Of a stretch of 48,440 bases of DNA, positions 46,080 to 48,440 are shown piece by piece (the first letter of the stretch is position 1; the number at the start of each line of letters is the position of its first letter). The notes under the pieces were generated by a model. The model had not been told where the DNA came from and did not search any database. It saw nothing but the letters and a program-made list of their open reading frames with translations. The stretch lies in sequence record SRR22947725_384; one strand, given 5' to 3'. Made by a program: the position numbers and the translations under genes.

Positions 46080-46631
46080 ATGGCAAATTTATCAAATTTT
46101 TCTCCTGACCTTCTTTATCCCTTGAGCTTTATTCGTCGGGCTCGCGGGATTCCGAAATTATCTTTTGAGGAAGTGGACCCCCAGGAAATACCAGATCCCT
46201 ATTATTCTTTATTAGTACATGAGGGAGACATGACATCCCGGTTGGAAGCATTTCATGAGGATGAAATTAAGGTCCGAAAGTTAAGTTCTTCCAGTGATGG
46301 AAAAGCTTATTTTCGAGAAGTTGTACTGCACGCGGAAAACGCTCAGAAAGCGACAGAATATGGTGCAATTGAAATTACCCTGCAGAACTTGGAGGAAGAA
46401 CTGAGAACAGCAGTAATCGAGGCTCAACGACCCTTGGGGGCGATTCTAAATGAAGCCCGCATTCCCTACTCCAGTGCGCCTCGGGCGTTCCTAAAAATAG
46501 TTCCCGACAATGCAATTGTCGACGCATTTGGCTCTGTGGAAGCGGATTATTTATATGGTAGAAGTAATGAAATTACTTCTTACAATGGCGATATAATAGC
46601 TCGCATTGTAGAAATATTACCCTCTCTTTAA
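46080..46631 (+). CDS. Chorismate pyruvate-lyase (UbiC/DUF98)-like protein
   Basis: 'H.GDMTSRLE', 'YFREVVL', 'RPLGAIL', 'YGRS', 'IVEIL' follow the UbiC/UTRA-fold motif order. Confidence 0.62.
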   Translation: MANLSNFSPDLLYPLSFIRRARGIPKLSFEEVDPQEIPDPYYSLLVHEGDMTSRLEAFHEDEIKVRKLSSSSDGKAYFREVVLHAENAQKATEYGAIEITLQNLEEELRTAVIEAQRPLGAILNEARIPYSSAPRAFLKIVPDNAIVDAFGSVEADYLYGRSNEITSYNGDIIARIVEILPSL

Positions 46632-46682
46632 TTAGTTTCTATATTTGTAAAAACAGAAAACCTGACTTGAATAAATACTATC

Positions 46683-47948
46683 ATGATATCCCTTAAAAAA
46701 AATTATGATGCAATCGTTGTGGGAGCAGGACCTGCTGGTTCCACAACCGGTGCATTGCTTGCAGAAAAAGGTCGCGATGTATTGATCGTGGAAAAAGAAA
46801 AATTCCCCCGATACCATGTGGGAGAATCATTAATGCCATTTTGTTACTTTCCGCTGGAAAGACTGGGCTTGATTGATACCTTGATGGATTCTGCAAATCC
46901 CCGAAAATACTGTGTCCAATTTGTTCGACAAGACGGCTTTCTTTCGCAGCCCTTTTATTTTTTCCAGCACTTCGACCATCCATCCTCTACCACTTGGCAG
47001 GTTTGGCGTTCTGAATTCGATAAAATGATTCTCGACAAAGCACGATCAAATGGTGCTACAGTCATGGAGGAAACGAAAGCCAAAAATTTGATTAAATCGG
47101 GCGATCGAGTGGAAGGTATTACAGTCGAGTCCGAAGAGTTTGGATCATTAGAATTACGGGCACCAATTGTAGTAGATGCTTCGGGCCGGGATTGCTTTGC
47201 TGCACATAAACAAAAATGGAAGATTCGTGACCCGGAGCTTAAAAAGATTGCACTGTGGACATATTATAAGGGTGCTAAGCGCGACCCCGGGTTGGATGAA
47301 GGCGCAACCACGGTTGCTTACCTGCCCAACAAGGGATGGTTTTGGTATATTCCATTGAGCGGTGATATGGTCAGCGTCGGGATTGTGGCGGAGCGGGATT
47401 ATCTTTTTAATGGATCGACCAAGGATCACGAGGAAATTTTTCAGCGTGAAGTATTGAATAATGAATGGATTAAGGAACATTTGGCCGAAGCCGAACAAAC
47501 CGGGGAATATCGTATTACCGGAGAATACTCTTACCGTAATCGTTACTGTGCAAGTGAGGGCCTTGTATTAGCTGGTGATGCACTAGGATTTTTAGATCCA
47601 GTTTTTTCTTCAGGCGTTTTCCTGGCCTTGAAAAGCGGTGTCATGCTTGCCGATGAAATTGATCTGGCTTTGGATGCCGGCGATCTTTCTGCCAAAAGTT
47701 TTGATCGATACGGAAAACGAATGCAATCCTCTATCGAGACGATGAGAAAAATTGTCTATGCATTCTACGATCAGGATTTTAGTTTTGGAGACCTTGCCAA
47801 AAGAGGTGATCATTTACGTGCTGCCCTTACTGATTGTTTGATTGGCAATGTGGACGATAATGAATTCCGGGAACTCTTCGATGCCATGTCTGACCTTGCC
47901 GACCTTCCCGAGCCAGTGGAGCATGGTTTGACGACTGCTTCCTCGTGA
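46683..47948 (+). CDS. FAD-dependent oxidoreductase, flavin-dependent halogenase-like
   Basis: 'GAGPAG', 'FPRYHVGESL', Lys in 'PRKYC', 'DASGR', 'GWFWYIPL' (WxWxIP), 'GDALGFLDPVFSSG'. Confidence 0.8.
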   Translation: MISLKKNYDAIVVGAGPAGSTTGALLAEKGRDVLIVEKEKFPRYHVGESLMPFCYFPLERLGLIDTLMDSANPRKYCVQFVRQDGFLSQPFYFFQHFDHPSSTTWQVWRSEFDKMILDKARSNGATVMEETKAKNLIKSGDRVEGITVESEEFGSLELRAPIVVDASGRDCFAAHKQKWKIRDPELKKIALWTYYKGAKRDPGLDEGATTVAYLPNKGWFWYIPLSGDMVSVGIVAERDYLFNGSTKDHEEIFQREVLNNEWIKEHLAEAEQTGEYRITGEYSYRNRYCASEGLVLAGDALGFLDPVFSSGVFLALKSGVMLADEIDLALDAGDLSAKSFDRYGKRMQSSIETMRKIVYAFYDQDFSFGDLAKRGDHLRAALTDCLIGNVDDNEFRELFDAMSDLADLPEPVEHGLTTASS

Positions 47949-48440
47949 AGCTTGCTTTCCTTACCCCGGGAACGGGGAATTACTACTGCGGTGTTTGCAT
48001 GCGTGATAATTCCCTCGCCCGTTGCTTGATTGATGCTGGGCATGAGGTTACCATGCTTCCCACTTACCTGCCTCATTTTTTGGATGAAGAACCTGCCGCC
48101 GATGAGTTACCTATTTTCTTTGGTGGAATTAATGTCTACTTACAACACAAGTTCTCTCTCTTTCGCCATACCCCCGCCTGGATGGACAAGGCACTTGACA
48201 GTAAGTGGCTGCTAAAGAAAGCCGCAGCGAAAAGCGGTATGACATCCAGTAAAGATTTGGGTGAAATTACGCTCTCTACTTTTCGGGGAGAGGATGGTCC
48301 TCTTGTTAAAGAAGTACGCAAGGTGGTGGACTGGTTTCACGCTCACGGAAAACCAGATGTTATTCTTCTCTCCACGATCATGCTTGCCGGGATTGGTAAG
48401 GTTCTACGTAGGGAACTAAACATTCCCGTTTTTGGATTTT
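47945..48440 (+). CDS. Glycosyltransferase family 4, 3'-partial, with N-terminal CxxC (absent from the ORF track)
   Basis: GTG overlaps the upstream TGA (GTGA) and the frame is open to the window end: MKLAFLTPGTGNYYCGVCMRDNSLARCLIDAGHEVTMLPTYLP...FFGGINVYLQ...KPDVILLS. Confidence 0.8.
   Translation, partial: MKLAFLTPGTGNYYCGVCMRDNSLARCLIDAGHEVTMLPTYLPHFLDEEPAADELPIFFGGINVYLQHKFSLFRHTPAWMDKALDSKWLLKKAAAKSGMTSSKDLGEITLSTFRGEDGPLVKEVRKVVDWFHAHGKPDVILLSTIMLAGIGKVLRRELNIPVFGF

Noticed and set aside
267-48321. The many 60-150 aa ORFs antisense to or nested in larger genes (e.g. 1664-2083, 31377-31793, 39671-40123, 47810-48076, 48030-48215)
   Set aside because: They overlap well-supported genes, show no recognisable motifs and look like shadow ORFs.
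1-48440. tRNA, rRNA, CRISPR array, IS elements, defence systems, clear intrinsic terminators
   Set aside because: None recognised by eye; intergenic gaps are short and contain no spaced repeats or GC-rich stem plus U-tract. A covariance-model search was not possible.

Overview
AT-rich bacterial chromosomal window, densely coding. The protein families present (Planctomycete/Verrucomicrobia-type ECF sigma and anti-sigma, several PQQ-like beta-propellers, a giant exported protein with a Trp/Tyr-rich tail) suggest a PVC-superphylum organism, probably marine Verrucomicrobiota/Opitutales; this is an inference. No rRNA, tRNA, CRISPR array, IS or integrase was recognised. 1-27.3 kb: a 5'-truncated ~2000-aa surface protein, two GT4 glycosyltransferases, housekeeping genes (hisF, rho, metG, hisC, trxB, RNA methyltransferases, TatD, SulP) and an oleC-oleD pair without oleA/oleB. 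27.3-29.1 kb: a stand-alone flagellin whose variable region is a C-type lectin domain with EPN and WND motifs. Its 500-bp upstream region holds a sigma-28-like promoter and four GGA-loop (CsrA-type) hairpins. 29.1-33.4 kb: GumC-like protein, ECF sigma/anti-sigma pair and a PQQ-like propeller. 33.4 kb to the end: a MarR gene divergent from a tightly packed operon of at least 12 genes. It encodes three PQQ-like propellers, DUF3311 plus a sodium:solute symporter, an EhpF-like adenylating enzyme, an EhpG/LuxC-like reductase, an Fe-ADH, a HemN-like radical SAM enzyme, a chorismate-lyase-like protein, a flavin-dependent halogenase-like enzyme and a CxxC-bearing GT4 that runs off the window. It looks like an uncharacterised aromatic small-molecule or cofactor pathway. 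All family assignments come from motif recognition by eye, not from database searches.
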